Shown: positions 19,901 to 28,668 of the stretch, piece by piece
Layout: every line of letters begins with the position of its first letter
Numbering within the stretch: position 1 is the stretch's first letter
IMG/VR virus record: IMGVR_UViG_3300036781_000418
Location: 62,001 to 126,000 of that record
DNA: 64,000 nt
Reading direction: 5' to 3' (one strand)
The notes under the pieces: generated by a model
Told to the model about the DNA's origin: nothing
The model's input: the letters and a program-made list of their open reading frames with translations, nothing else
Database searches by the model: none
Translations under genes and position numbers: made by a program

Positions 19901-20574
19901 GGCTCACGTTCAAACGGGCCGTTCTCGTCCAAGTCGGCCGGCACGACCTCCATCGGCACGGAGTCCAACCCCGTGTTGGCCGTGTAGGCGTACACCCCGT
20001 TGATGAAGGAGTTGTCGTCCGCGTTCAGGGAGTAGAGGTCCATGACCACGTCGTTCACCTGGAACGACTTCTGTGGCTGACCGTAGCGGGTTGTCAAAAC
20101 ACGGTTCACGACGAGCGTGAACTGCTCCTTCCAGTTAGGGTTGTTTGGGTCGTTCCAGTTGATGACCTGCCCGGAGATATCGACGCCACGGGAGTCGATC
20201 ACACGCTCCGTCGTGGAGATTGAGGAGAACTTTACCAGGCCACGGGACGCGATGTTCCGAGTCGCCTTGTACGAGATCAGCTTCGCCAGGCGCAGGATGG
20301 ACTGCTTCCGCTGGGCGGTTGTGATGAAGTTTTCATGGGCCACCATGTCCACACGGTAGGCCAGCTGTTCCGCGACGTAGGCAAACGACTCGATGTACGC
20401 GATCAGCTCGGAGCTGGCGATCAAGTCGTTGAAGACCTCGGGGTAGTAGATCCGGAGGTAGTCGATCAACGACGCCCGAATGGTGTCGAAGTCAAAGGAG
20501 GTGAAGTTGACCTGGCTGAAGGCCTGGTATACGGCCTCCCAGCTTTCAGCCGAGTTGGTGTTCCGGAACGTCAT
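16948..20574 (-). CDS. gp6: Baseplate wedge subunit, gp6-like (~1208 aa)
   Basis: FTSFDFDTIRASLIDYL...FNDLIASSELIAYIE, ENFITTAQRKQSILRLAKLISY and ETIEHIRQSAP..Y.AQNRMVNGQDY are gp6 hallmarks. Start moved to MTFRNT at 20574, downstream of TAAATA at 20601. Confidence 0.9.
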   Translation of the reverse strand: MTFRNTNSAESWEAVYQAFSQVNFTSFDFDTIRASLIDYLRIYYPEVFNDLIASSELIAYIESFAYVAEQLAYRVDMVAHENFITTAQRKQSILRLAKLISYKATRNIASRGLVKFSSISTTERVIDSRGVDISGQVINWNDPNNPNWKEQFTLVVNRVLTTRYGQPQKSFQVNDVVMDLYSLNADDNSFINGVYAYTANTGLDSVPMEVVPADLDENGPFEREPDLNSPFTIIYANDGVGDGSDYTGFLAFTKQGTITRIEYDITDKLPNRRLEFLPNNVNSTDVWVQRLNDQGEIAERWTEVDTVAEQNLIFNDDRSTRFKYEVDTLENDQIAILFGDGDFSEAPQGSFRFWMRQSINKAVVVQKNKVVNQPLSFTYTATNGNTETCALTFSLTTTLQNGAGSETIEHIRQSAPATYYAQNRMVNGQDYNTFPLRDPSILRLKTVNRTFAGQPKYIDWNDASGQYENVKLFGDDLSMRYNLTLNSTTVSTTGQALIDNVIEPLLNDTGVINMLVHIGAADPLLQGVVAPPRRVFIEDNRAGLWRTLNNAFVNILDGSVPDGSLKEKTAIQGLIDRHWYGEPLEFIEGSDNKIWAVIPDPTLNPKDDSRIYAAAVPRTIDGINKYPPGDVGSGLQPIADQDYFGLRYNPYTAGVGEGTITVHNKVPVKQEADPAVRPTYYVGEVWTIQVGADGETLSVRSNLRGTISTGKDTIGSAIYIQPAGFTSSIMFATVNQTTGGAAFEPGDAFVLDTASDMDPAIDGTLTQRTFSGRPTVNLNGWWEILSGASQLPDYTTTTLPPFADQLFNLNNTDVSQKQHSWIILIRKLRQAPSNNVIGYEINYRDLALIVESPTTKFWYNDAEQILDNETKKRVFDNIKVLPGNQYGVAPNYSYLTKSQIYDVVGAVKDSSGIPDFNQLSVVPSDMLQEDSSGDLIPDRLLQFETFGEGNYEYFALSDPTVTYPSIPQDSGGQPVTSFANDGSFSDISNLWGRRLKMPGPNTDDGLTFMWQHFTPFNNIIDPSSTNIHDAYVVTQGYYDSMIAFVRGLSTTKPTPPTPLELRNSYGYLLTNKMLADTVVFHPGSLRLMFGQLAEPQLRAKFKVVRSSGASLTNERVKEELLNVINTYFEISNWDFGETFYATELISLMHQRLPTEIASVVLVPLYSTNSFGDMFTVQCGGDEILQSAATVADIDVVEALTPTIIRQVK

Positions 20575-20600
20575 GTAGTGGATCGAGGTTAGCGATCCAC

Positions 20601-20606
20601 TATTTA
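20601..20606 (-). promoter_or_regulatory. Late promoter TAAATA
   Basis: Lies ~27 nt upstream of the gp6-like start. Confidence 0.7.
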
Positions 20607-20615
20607 GCCAGAACC

Positions 20616-21041
20616 CTACAGCTCGGCGGCTTGCTCCCTGGCGATCATGGCCGCGAACATCAACCAGGCGTACCGCCATTCCTGCTTCTCTGGACCAGTT
20701 GGGCGCTGTTCGTCGAACTTTCCTGGCTTACGCAGCTTGACCTTAGTCAGCGGCGGGTGCGGCCAGACTTTCGTCTGCTTCGTGACGACGGTGCCGATTT
20801 GATCGAACTCCACCAGCGAGTACCGGCGCATGCCCATGTCGGCCATACCCTTCAGGATCAAGTGGATGTCGTCGTTTGCCGCGCCTTGGTCGTCCTTGTG
20901 ATACTTCCGACTGGCGAAGCTGACGGCCGCGCAGGAGTACATGTAGCCCACACCAGTCACGTAATCAGGGTGGTAGAGGAACTCGTTGGCTGCCAACTCA
21001 AGAATGTCGGCCATTCGGTGAAGGTCAGTTGCAGTCGTCAT
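20616..21041 (-). CDS. Hypothetical protein, paralog 3 of the RYAWLxFAAMIAREQA family
   Basis: Probable start MTTATDLHRMADILE. Ends WRYAWLMFAAMIAREQAAEL. Confidence 0.75.
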   Translation of the reverse strand: MTTATDLHRMADILELAANEFLYHPDYVTGVGYMYSCAAVSFASRKYHKDDQGAANDDIHLILKGMADMGMRRYSLVEFDQIGTVVTKQTKVWPHPPLTKVKLRKPGKFDEQRPTGPEKQEWRYAWLMFAAMIAREQAAEL

Positions 21042-21405
21042 GGCACTTCGCTTGTTCTCGCGCAATCATCGCGGCGAACGTCAGCCAGGCGTAGCGAGCC
21101 TGCTGCTGAATATCGGTGTTAAAGCTGAGGCTTGTGAACTCCATAACGGAGTGCGGATTGACGCCCATCGCCTTTAGACCAGCTATGATCTGCTTGAAGT
21201 CACGCTTTGCGCGCTTAATCCGATTGACGTACTCACGCGTTTGGCCACTGATTCCTACAAGTTCATAGTGGATGTAGAACGGCTCAATGTTGTGGCGGAC
21301 GCCGACGGCGTCTCGGATCGCGTGGCAGCTGTAGTAAAGGGAGCTAGGCCTCAGGTACTTGTCGGCCGCCTCTTCAAGAATATCCGCAATTTCGTGTAGG
21401 TTCAT
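21025..21405 (-). CDS. Hypothetical protein, paralog 2 of the RYAWLxFAAMIAREQA family (126 aa)
   Basis: ADILEEAA...YSCHAI...QQARYAWLTFAAMIAREQA. Confidence 0.75.
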   Translation of the reverse strand: MNLHEIADILEEAADKYLRPSSLYYSCHAIRDAVGVRHNIEPFYIHYELVGISGQTREYVNRIKRAKRDFKQIIAGLKAMGVNPHSVMEFTSLSFNTDIQQQARYAWLTFAAMIAREQAKCHDDCN

Positions 21406-21818
21406 TTGGCCTCCGCTTGTTCTCGTGCGATCATCGCTGCGAACATCAGCCAGGCGTAGCGAGCCTGCTGACGACTGGATATGTTTGGAAATTCACTGAA
21501 CTCTGAGAACGAGTTTACCTTCAAGCCCATGGCCGTCAGACCTTTTTGAATAGCCTTCAGCGTGCGACGCGCGTTCATCACCGTGGTAACCTGTTCGCAA
21601 AACAATGGAAAACCCTTGTACAGCAGGTACTTGACTTCAATCTTGTATCGAGCGGCGATGGCATGTTGAATTGCCAAGCAGCTGTACACCGCCTTCTTGG
21701 AGGCGCCGTTGGTGGGCGCCAAGTGGTTGTTCGCGGCGTCTTCAAGAATCTCAGCGTACGCCGACAGCCTGATGTAGCCCATTAGCCGTTTATGCTGCGC
21801 TTCGGTCAACTTTCCCAT
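21402..21818 (-). CDS. Hypothetical protein, paralog 1 of the RYAWLxFAAMIAREQA family (138 aa)
   Basis: AEILEDAA...YSCLAI...QQARYAWLMFAAMIAREQA. Confidence 0.75.
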   Translation of the reverse strand: MGKLTEAQHKRLMGYIRLSAYAEILEDAANNHLAPTNGASKKAVYSCLAIQHAIAARYKIEVKYLLYKGFPLFCEQVTTVMNARRTLKAIQKGLTAMGLKVNSFSEFSEFPNISSRQQARYAWLMFAAMIAREQAEAK

Positions 21819-21870
21819 GGTGGTCCGGTTCCTTCAAGGTTGGTGTCGTGTATGGTTCATCAACTAAGTC

Positions 21871-21904
21871 GGACCGGTTGAACCGGTGTCGCCTCGTGTC
21901 GCCG
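21871..21904 (-). repeat. Partial copy of the dispersed element (5' block only)
   Basis: CGGCGACACGAGGCGAC (21888-21904, minus) is identical to 39814-39830. An ACCGGT palindromic pair is adjacent, and the 34-nt core is absent. Confidence 0.6.
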
Positions 21905-21974
21905 AGACGACCAATGGACCACTTAGGCCCATTGTATGCTGGTCGAAACCTGATTGGCTCCTTGAACTAGAGGT

Positions 21975-22796
21975 TCAAAGCTCGGCGAAGTACTCCAACC
22001 CGGCTTCCATCAGCTCGTCCTGGCAGTCGATGATAGCTGACTTGCTTTTGACCGGGATGTACTTGGTCACGATCTTGAAGGCCTTGAACCAGTCGGTGTC
22101 TTCGTGTATGTGTTGAGTGGTCAGCATGCGCAGCCCCTCAACCTTCAGGAGTGACAGCATCGGGCCGTCGAGCTTGCCACCAATCGCCAGGGTCTCAGCA
22201 AACTTAACACGGTTGGTAAGCTCCTTGAACGTGCAGTCCAGTTCAAACGGCAGCTGGTAGTATTGGGTCACAATGGTTGGCAGGTGCTGGAGCGCATTGT
22301 CCGCCTTAACCTCAGTCAACCAGGCGCTGCCTTCGATAAACATAGGGCAGCCCTCCAGCGACTTGAGGTGTCGACAGCTTTTAATGGTGAGGTCGCCTTC
22401 CAGTCGGCGTGGAGCGCCGACTAGCTCAACGATGCCGCAGTCTTCAACCTTGAGACCGGTGCCGGCTCCGGCACCCGTAATCTCCGGGCATCCTTCAAGG
22501 TTGGACAGCTCGCGGTTGCGGATCAGCTGCAGCGCGCCGACCTTCTTCGGACCACCTTCCAGCGTCTTGATGCGTGTGCCACCCAAGGTAAAGACCGCGC
22601 CCACCGTCTGTGGTGAACCACGTAGTGAGGTTAGGTTCACCGCCCAGATGCCCGCGCCGCCTGGTACGTGCTTCGGACATTGGGCCTCGAGCTTATAAAC
22701 ATCAAGAAGGCTCAGGCTGCCATGCTCGTCCAACACGCTGTCGTCCGCGTACCGCAGCTCGCGTTCACGTACCTCGCCAAGTTGGTTGATCTTCAT
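21975..22796 (-). CDS. Leucine-rich-repeat-like protein with CTS-like leader (273 aa)
   Basis: Repeats LTSLRGSP, IKTLEGGP, LSNLEGCP, LKSLEGCP. MKINQLGE leader. C-terminus CQDELMEAGLEYFAEL. Confidence 0.8.
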   Translation of the reverse strand: MKINQLGEVRERELRYADDSVLDEHGSLSLLDVYKLEAQCPKHVPGGAGIWAVNLTSLRGSPQTVGAVFTLGGTRIKTLEGGPKKVGALQLIRNRELSNLEGCPEITGAGAGTGLKVEDCGIVELVGAPRRLEGDLTIKSCRHLKSLEGCPMFIEGSAWLTEVKADNALQHLPTIVTQYYQLPFELDCTFKELTNRVKFAETLAIGGKLDGPMLSLLKVEGLRMLTTQHIHEDTDWFKAFKIVTKYIPVKSKSAIIDCQDELMEAGLEYFAEL

Positions 22797-23389
22797 AGGG
22801 TAGCCGCCTCCGTAAAACCAGCGTCAATTAGCTCGTCTTGGCAGGCTAGCATGTTAGCGGCTGTTCGTGGCAGCCTTAGGTACTTTTCCATTACGCCTTC
22901 AAACTCTTCTTGCTGAGTCTGCTTCAAGTGTGCACCTTGAAGGTGCACACTTCGTAGACTGTTGATCTTGAGTAGACCAAGGACTGGCACCAGCTTACTG
23001 ATACCAATGGCGATGCAGTGTTGGACGTACTTGTGTAGGTCCTTTAGCTCCAGCTCAAGTTCCGTATTGGCCAAGTTCAGACTTTCAAGTTCACGACCCT
23101 TCAACACGTGTAGGTCGTCCATCTTCAACTTGGATTGACCCTTAAGATGCAGCACGTTGATGTCATGTTGAACGCGCAGCTTGCTTAGACCGTCAAGGTT
23201 GGTCAGCCCGGTTCCCTCAAGGATGATGTACAGTGCCACGTCCTTGTTGCTGTCCCCAATTACTGTGACTGGAAAGTCATCAATGTTGGTGGCGTCCAAC
23301 TGAACCAACGCCACACGCAGCAGCGAGGAGGTCTTGGTGATCCGAAAATTACCTTCACCTTTGTAGGAAATCTCTTGAAGTAGGTTCAC
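22793..23389 (-). CDS. Leucine-rich-repeat-like protein (198 aa)
   Basis: LEGTGLTNLDGL, LESLNLANT repeats. C-terminus CQDELIDAGFTEAATL. Confidence 0.75.
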   Translation of the reverse strand: MNLLQEISYKGEGNFRITKTSSLLRVALVQLDATNIDDFPVTVIGDSNKDVALYIILEGTGLTNLDGLSKLRVQHDINVLHLKGQSKLKMDDLHVLKGRELESLNLANTELELELKDLHKYVQHCIAIGISKLVPVLGLLKINSLRSVHLQGAHLKQTQQEEFEGVMEKYLRLPRTAANMLACQDELIDAGFTEAATL

Positions 23390-23847
23390 TTGACTTCCTT
23401 GTGATCGGCGTCCACGGAGATCATGCGCATGATCTCCTCGTGGGTCGCCACAACCGTGCCGCTCTTCTGGTTGTTGAACGGCACGAAGGCTCCCGAACGG
23501 CGACGGTCAGTCTTCACTCGAGCGCGTGAGTTGGCCGCCTGCAGGGCGATGTTCAAGTACTGAGCGGCGACTTCAGCGTTGCGAGCCGCGTACCGAGGTT
23601 CAATCACCTCAAGGTAGGACGTCTGTAGTTCGTACGCGCCCATGGCCTGCTCGAACACGGTGTCGATCTTCTTGTCAATCTCCACGTCCTCGGCGTCCTT
23701 CTCCTCAGGTGCGGCCTGAGTGGCAAGGGCGGTGGACGGTTCGTTCACGATCTGTTCCGGCATGGCCGAGTCGTAGGTGTCGTCAAACTCGTTGGCGTCA
23801 ACGTCGAAGATCTGGTCAAGTGGTGAGTCGAATTTACGTGGGGTCAT
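23386..23847 (-). CDS. Probable terminase small subunit-like protein (153 aa)
   Basis: Acidic N-terminus, helical core with IEPRYAARNAEVAAQYL.IALQA and a short C-terminal helix. Coupled to the gp4-like gene. Assignment is by recalled resemblance only. Confidence 0.5.
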   Translation of the reverse strand: MTPRKFDSPLDQIFDVDANEFDDTYDSAMPEQIVNEPSTALATQAAPEEKDAEDVEIDKKIDTVFEQAMGAYELQTSYLEVIEPRYAARNAEVAAQYLNIALQAANSRARVKTDRRRSGAFVPFNNQKSGTVVATHEEIMRMISVDADHKEVK

Positions 23848-24359
23848 TTTGCGGTTGCGTCCTTGGTGTAGACCATGCTGGTCGGCGTCTGGCCTTGCTT
23901 ACGGAAGATCGACTTCTCGGTGATGACGCGGAACGTCGCACCTTGCGAGGCGGCGAACATGGCGGCGGCCTCCCACTTGGCCTGGTTAACGGCCACGATC
24001 ATTCGGTTCTGCGGGGTTGGGTTACGGCCCAGCACGGTTTCATGGTACGGCTTGATCTCAACGATCTCCTTCCGCACCGCACCTGAGGTGTCACGGTAGA
24101 TGACGATGAAGTCTGGGTAGTAACGGTGCACCAGGTTGTCAACTGGACTCTTATATGGAATTGCTAGTTCTTCAGACGCCCACTGAATCACCGACGGGTG
24201 CATGTCCAACCACTTCAGAAACGTCACCTCCCACGAGCTCCGGAAGAAGATCGCGTTGGGGTTGCCTACGTACTTGGCCGGATTCTTTGGAATGAACCGA
24301 CCCTTCATCGTCGAGCGTGTCTTGGTGTTGGCGCTGCGCGCCTGTCGTCCGTTCGCCAT
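23844..24359 (-). CDS. gp4: Head completion nuclease, gp4-like (171 aa)
   Basis: KGRFIPKNPAKYVG.P..I.FRSSWE..F..W.D....WASEEL.IPY.SP.D...HRYYPDF...EIKP is the T4 gp4/TnsA-like signature. Confidence 0.92.
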   Translation of the reverse strand: MANGRQARSANTKTRSTMKGRFIPKNPAKYVGNPNAIFFRSSWEVTFLKWLDMHPSVIQWASEELAIPYKSPVDNLVHRYYPDFIVIYRDTSGAVRKEIVEIKPYHETVLGRNPTPQNRMIVAVNQAKWEAAAMFAASQGATFRVITEKSIFRKQGQTPTSMVYTKDATAK

Positions 24360-24832
24360 TACTTTACGCTCCGCAGCTTCGCTTTAATGAGGGTGTTGTA
24401 GTTGTTGATGATCTTATTTATGAACGCCACCACCTTGTTTGGATCGGTAAAACCACGCTTAGTTGGAAACTTCGAGTCCCAGAACTTGTTCACGTCAACG
24501 ACGGAGTCGAAGCCGTTACCGAAGCCGCATCGGACATCGTAGGTGAGGCCTGTAGATCGACCAGGGCTGGAGTGACCGTTGTACGCTTCCAGCTGCACAA
24601 TAACCGAAATGTGGTCGGATTCATCTTCATCAGGGTCACCCAGCTTAAAGCCGTTCCAGTAGAACTCAGGGCTTTTATAGCCGCGTTCGACGGTCTGATG
24701 TCCGCTGATTTGAGGGTACGGTGTAAATCCGGCCTTTTCCAAGAGCTTACCAAACAAGAGCATGTCCACCTTGGCGTCTTCTGGATCCCAAGGTGGACTG
24801 GATTTGTTGACCTCAAATAGATGCAGCTTCAT
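24359..24832 (-). CDS. Putative internal head protein, array B member (157 aa)
   Basis: MKLHLFEV...PWDPEDAKVDMLLFGKLLEKAGF. Confidence 0.72.
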   Translation of the reverse strand: MKLHLFEVNKSSPPWDPEDAKVDMLLFGKLLEKAGFTPYPQISGHQTVERGYKSPEFYWNGFKLGDPDEDESDHISVIVQLEAYNGHSSPGRSTGLTYDVRCGFGNGFDSVVDVNKFWDSKFPTKRGFTDPNKVVAFINKIINNYNTLIKAKLRSVK

Positions 24833-25287
24833 TTGACCTTCTCGTATTTGGCCACGACTTCTTTGTCGTAGAGTTCAGCTCCGCGCTGCAGGCTTCTGAT
24901 CACAATTGACGGATCAGCTTGTGGCCCAGTTCCGTAGAACAGCTTGATCTGCGGAATGTTTGGCCTACTACCGGTCTTATCCACGAAGTAGTAGGAGAAG
25001 GAGTAGAACATACCGTCGGTTGGAGTGGACTTTGTTTTAGTAGGTCCCAGTCGTTCCACAGCTTCCATGAAGACCTGGAAGCTGAAGTCCTTTCGATCGC
25101 CCTTGAACATTGGGCTGTACATGGTCAGCTCAAGCCTTGGCGATGGCGCCGACACGCTCTCAATCGGTTCATGGCCGAAGCCGCGCTTCATCCAGATCTT
25201 CGAGAACAGGGTCAGATTTAGGCGCGCCTCTTCATCGTCCCATGGCTGGGCATCCTCAGGACGGGCTTCAAACAGGTCAAGTTTCAT
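24829..25287 (-). CDS. Putative internal head protein, array B member (152 aa)
   Basis: MKLDLFEA...PWDDEEARLNLTLFSKIWMKRGF. Confidence 0.72.
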   Translation of the reverse strand: MKLDLFEARPEDAQPWDDEEARLNLTLFSKIWMKRGFGHEPIESVSAPSPRLELTMYSPMFKGDRKDFSFQVFMEAVERLGPTKTKSTPTDGMFYSFSYYFVDKTGSRPNIPQIKLFYGTGPQADPSIVIRSLQRGAELYDKEVVAKYEKVK

Positions 25288-25751
25288 TGTTTCCCCTTCA
25301 GCTCGTATTTATCTTGGACGTACGGCTTGTAGACCGACTCGACCCAATAATCCAACCACTCCAGCACCTTCTTCTCTTGAAAGAGCTTCGTGCTAAGGAA
25401 CTGATCTCCCAACTCCTCAATGTCGGCTTCGGTATGCAGGGCACCGTTTACATTGGCGCCTACGTCAATCTCATAGACGAACGGAAAGCCGGCTGCCTTG
25501 GCGGTTTGGGCTGGTTTGGTGTCGCCACGGTTGTTACCAGCAAAAATGGAGACGTCCATCACGAAGTCATCATCGCCGTTCTTGTACACTGGACTCCGAA
25601 GGTAGAGGTCTTGACCTTCGTACGTAGGGTTGTTTCCCTTTGGAACCTTAATCGACGTGAAACCATGCTTCTTCATGAAGGCAGCGAACAGTTGGAGGTT
25701 CGTGTTCGCCTCGTCGTGGTCGAACTCCTCAAGTAGGCTGGTGAGCTTCAT
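25284..25751 (-). CDS. Putative internal head protein, array B member (155 aa)
   Basis: MKLTSLLEE.FDHDEANTNLQLFAAFMKKHGF. Confidence 0.72.
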   Translation of the reverse strand: MKLTSLLEEFDHDEANTNLQLFAAFMKKHGFTSIKVPKGNNPTYEGQDLYLRSPVYKNGDDDFVMDVSIFAGNNRGDTKPAQTAKAAGFPFVYEIDVGANVNGALHTEADIEELGDQFLSTKLFQEKKVLEWLDYWVESVYKPYVQDKYELKGKQ

Positions 25752-26248
25752 GGGGTCACCACCTTGAACTTGTTCTTGACGTGCGTCTCGTAGATGGCGA
25801 GCACCTTGCGCAGGTAGACCAGGAACTTTGATGGATCGTCGAACGCCTTCGACCAGGTGTTTTCAAACGTCTTCGTGACCGCGGAGTTAAGCCCCTGGGT
25901 TGCATGGGTCTTGTGATCCACTTCGTTCAGCAGGTCATACTCGATCTGGTACATCGTTGTCCATGGACCACGCCCTACGGATGCACGTCCACCATACGCG
26001 CTTAGGTTCATGTTGATGTACACGTTGTCGTAGTCTTCGTAGTCGTCCGTTTTAAACGGAACACGGAAGAGCGGGGAGGTGTACAGCTGCTTGTCGCCGC
26101 CGGAGTCGAGTCCATTGGGTTCTTCATGGATAACCTTGCCAGCCGTAAACCCAGCACGCTCCAACACCTTCCCAAACAGGTGAAAGTTTGTAAGCGCGTC
26201 GTCTTGGTCGTAGCCCTTGTTATGGGTCTCAAAAAGGGCGAGCTTCAT
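25748..26248 (-). CDS. Putative internal head protein, array B member (166 aa)
   Basis: MKLALFET...YDQDDALTNFHLFGKVLERAGF. Confidence 0.72.
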   Translation of the reverse strand: MKLALFETHNKGYDQDDALTNFHLFGKVLERAGFTAGKVIHEEPNGLDSGGDKQLYTSPLFRVPFKTDDYEDYDNVYINMNLSAYGGRASVGRGPWTTMYQIEYDLLNEVDHKTHATQGLNSAVTKTFENTWSKAFDDPSKFLVYLRKVLAIYETHVKNKFKVVTP

Positions 26249-27540
26249 CAGGTACCTCCACCAAGTAGATCACCGCTGCCCGCGAAGAGTGGTGTTGGCT
26301 GCGTGGTGCCGAAGCCTTGACCCGTTGAGTTTGTGAACGTTGCGTCACCGCCGAACGTTTGGCTGTCGGAGACGACTGGTCGTGATGGTCGAGCAAAACT
26401 TTGGGCCGCACTTGTGGTCAGCCCTGAAACCTTCGTCGTCGCGGTCGATCCAACGAGACTACCAACCAAATCGGCGGTACCACCCAAGCCAGGCACCACC
26501 CGAAGTTGACGACCCAGTGTGTCGCTGGTAATCTTCTGGGCAGCGCGGCCGAGGACGGCGCCAAGGGTGCTGCCGAGTAGACCCGATAGACCAGCGGCGT
26601 TACCACCAGTCGCCTTGCCTGGAACGCTGATGTCTCCAGGCGCGCCCTTCCAGGCGCGGTTCGAGTAGTCTGGGCCTGGGTTGGCGGTCAACGTGCCAAG
26701 TTCATTCATCACCATGAAGTCGTAGTCGAACCGCATGGACAGGCCGTTGAAGTCAGTTGACTCGTGCGCCATGTCTTCAAGGTCGAAGGACTCAATGCGC
26801 GGGTTAATGAAGTCCCAAGCCACGGCCTTAGGTGCGTCGTTCAACCCAACTGTGTGGTCAATGTACATCTGGATGATGCGGATACCTTGGATGACGTTGC
26901 CGATGTCCGAGTCAACGACCCCACGCTGGGCGAAGTCACGCCCAACGCCGAACGCCATACCAGAGCCGGAGTTGTAGGCCGCTACAACCTCGGGTAGGGT
27001 CTTGTAGTTGTTGATCGACTGCCGCGTGATTGGCGACTGGGCCATCATCAACAGCTTAAAGAAGTGGAACACGGAGTTGCCGACGTCTTCAACGAACGCC
27101 AACGTCAAGGCTTGGTGCTTGATGGTCTTCAGCACCTTCGTCTTGAAGTTGTACATGTTGACCTCCTCGTAGTCGTAGTCGACCTTTGGGCGGTCGATCG
27201 ACTTGATCATGTACGTGAAGTTCTGGTCCTTCGACAACTGGTCTACAAGCTGCTTGACTTCAGGGTTCGCAATGTTCGGCTTGAACAGGAACTGCACCTT
27301 GAACATGAACTTGAACTTTGGCCGAGAGTTCGAGTTCGCGGCACCAGCCGCGTAGTCCGAGGCGTGCCAGGTGCCGTCGTTTCGGTTGATGGGCGCGTTC
27401 TGGTTAACCCCAAAGGCGGAGCTAATTGCTGGGTTGATCTTGTTGCGTGCAAAGTCCTCAACCGCGGTGCCGAACAGCTCAGTGCCAGTCCGTTCAAGGT
27501 TGATGCCCGATGACTTAACGAGCTGGGAAATATCTGGCAT
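26248..27540 (-). CDS. Tail-tube-fold protein (gp54/tube initiator-like) with a Gly/Ser-rich C-terminus (430 aa)
   Basis: RPKFKFMFKVQF...IKSIDRPKVDY..EEVNMYN.K.KV...I....LTL.F.ED parallels the tube protein at 30539-31135. Confidence 0.7.
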   Translation of the reverse strand: MPDISQLVKSSGINLERTGTELFGTAVEDFARNKINPAISSAFGVNQNAPINRNDGTWHASDYAAGAANSNSRPKFKFMFKVQFLFKPNIANPEVKQLVDQLSKDQNFTYMIKSIDRPKVDYDYEEVNMYNFKTKVLKTIKHQALTLAFVEDVGNSVFHFFKLLMMAQSPITRQSINNYKTLPEVVAAYNSGSGMAFGVGRDFAQRGVVDSDIGNVIQGIRIIQMYIDHTVGLNDAPKAVAWDFINPRIESFDLEDMAHESTDFNGLSMRFDYDFMVMNELGTLTANPGPDYSNRAWKGAPGDISVPGKATGGNAAGLSGLLGSTLGAVLGRAAQKITSDTLGRQLRVVPGLGGTADLVGSLVGSTATTKVSGLTTSAAQSFARPSRPVVSDSQTFGGDATFTNSTGQGFGTTQPTPLFAGSGDLLGGGT

Positions 27541-27541
27541 G

Positions 27542-27572
27542 AAAAAGCCCTATGGAACCATAGGGCTATTTA
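27542..27572 (-). promoter_or_regulatory. Late promoter TAAATA directly followed by a perfect hairpin and T5 run
   Basis: TAAATA 27567-27572. Inverted repeat 27546-27555/27558-27567, then TTTTT before the ATG at 27540. Confidence 0.7.
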
Positions 27573-27589
27573 CAAGGGATTAGAGTTGT

Positions 27590-27910
27590 CTACTTTTCAA
27601 GTGGTCCAACTTTAACCGTGAAGTCGGATCGACCGCCTTCAAGGGCTGATACAAAGTTGGTGTCGTCAAAGACCAAGTCGTATGAGGCAAGGATCTTGCG
27701 AAACTTCTCCGACTTGATCATGTCGTACGTGTCTGAGGTGTTGGTTGGATCCTCAGGAAAGTTGATGTAGATGTGTTCATTCTTGAGGCCGCCCACGGAC
27801 GTGCCGACCTTCTTCAACAGCAAGTTGATCGCCCAGTCCAGGTCCTCGTACTCTTCGTCGTTCTTCAGGTCGATGCCGTACTTGCCTTCAAGCAGTTGTG
27901 TTAGCTTCAT
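27590..27910 (-). CDS. Putative internal head protein with CTS-like leader (106 aa)
   Basis: MKLTQLLEG leader. Its own TAAATA lies at 27929-27934. Confidence 0.7.
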   Translation of the reverse strand: MKLTQLLEGKYGIDLKNDEEYEDLDWAINLLLKKVGTSVGGLKNEHIYINFPEDPTNTSDTYDMIKSEKFRKILASYDLVFDDTNFVSALEGGRSDFTVKVGPLEK

Positions 27911-28664
27911 CTTTGGTCGTCGTTTCTCTATTTACAGCGTACTCACCTCGAGCTCGACCGCTTACCTTGGTTGGATCTTTCTCTGGTTGATCGGCCCAGC
28001 GATAACTAAGCCAGTTTGGAGAGGCAAGACGGTAGGTGAGGGTTCCACCCGCTAAGCTTAGCGCGGTGCAGGCTTCACGCATGTTCACATAGGCGACTTC
28101 GTCAATGATCAGCGCACGGTATCGTTGTTTGAACTTTTCTGAGGCCAATTGACCAGCCCGTTGGTTAGCCTTTGCTTCCTCAGATGGTTTGTAGCCGCGC
28201 TCCTTCAGGGTGTCGAGTCGGTTTTGAATTGCCTCGGCTGATATGGTTTTGCCTTTGTGTGCCTTGCTGATGTTGGCGCACCATTCAGGGGTGCGTTCAA
28301 CGGTCTTAAAGTGTTGGGATAGCTTCTGACGAGTTTCTTCGGATGTTGCTGGTCGATCAACTGCACCCAATCCACCAGCGCCACAGTTTAAACATTGTGG
28401 ATCAGCACGAAGTTCTGGTGTGATGATCTCTTTTTCACGATCTGAAGCAGCCTCCCTAGACTCACAAAGTTCTACAATTTCACGTGTGTGATTTTCTCTG
28501 CCATGCTTTTTCACTGAGCGTGTGAGGCGCACGCCGCTGCCTAGATATTGATCTTCAAGATCATCTGTGGAATGCATGCCAATGTAGTAGCGACCTGTGA
28601 TGATGCAGGTAGTCTTGTAGATGATGTGATATTTGCGACGAGAAGCTCTAATATGTTGAGACAT
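27888..28664 (-). mobile_element. Free-standing Seg-like GIY-YIG homing endonuclease (258 aa)
   Basis: YHIIYKTTC..TGRYYIGMHST..L.D.YLGSG motif, Glu in REKEII, LNCGAGG, then NUMOD3-like repeats and a C-terminal helix-turn-helix-like region. Lower GC than its flanks. Confidence 0.9.
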
Positions 28665-28668
28665 AACA

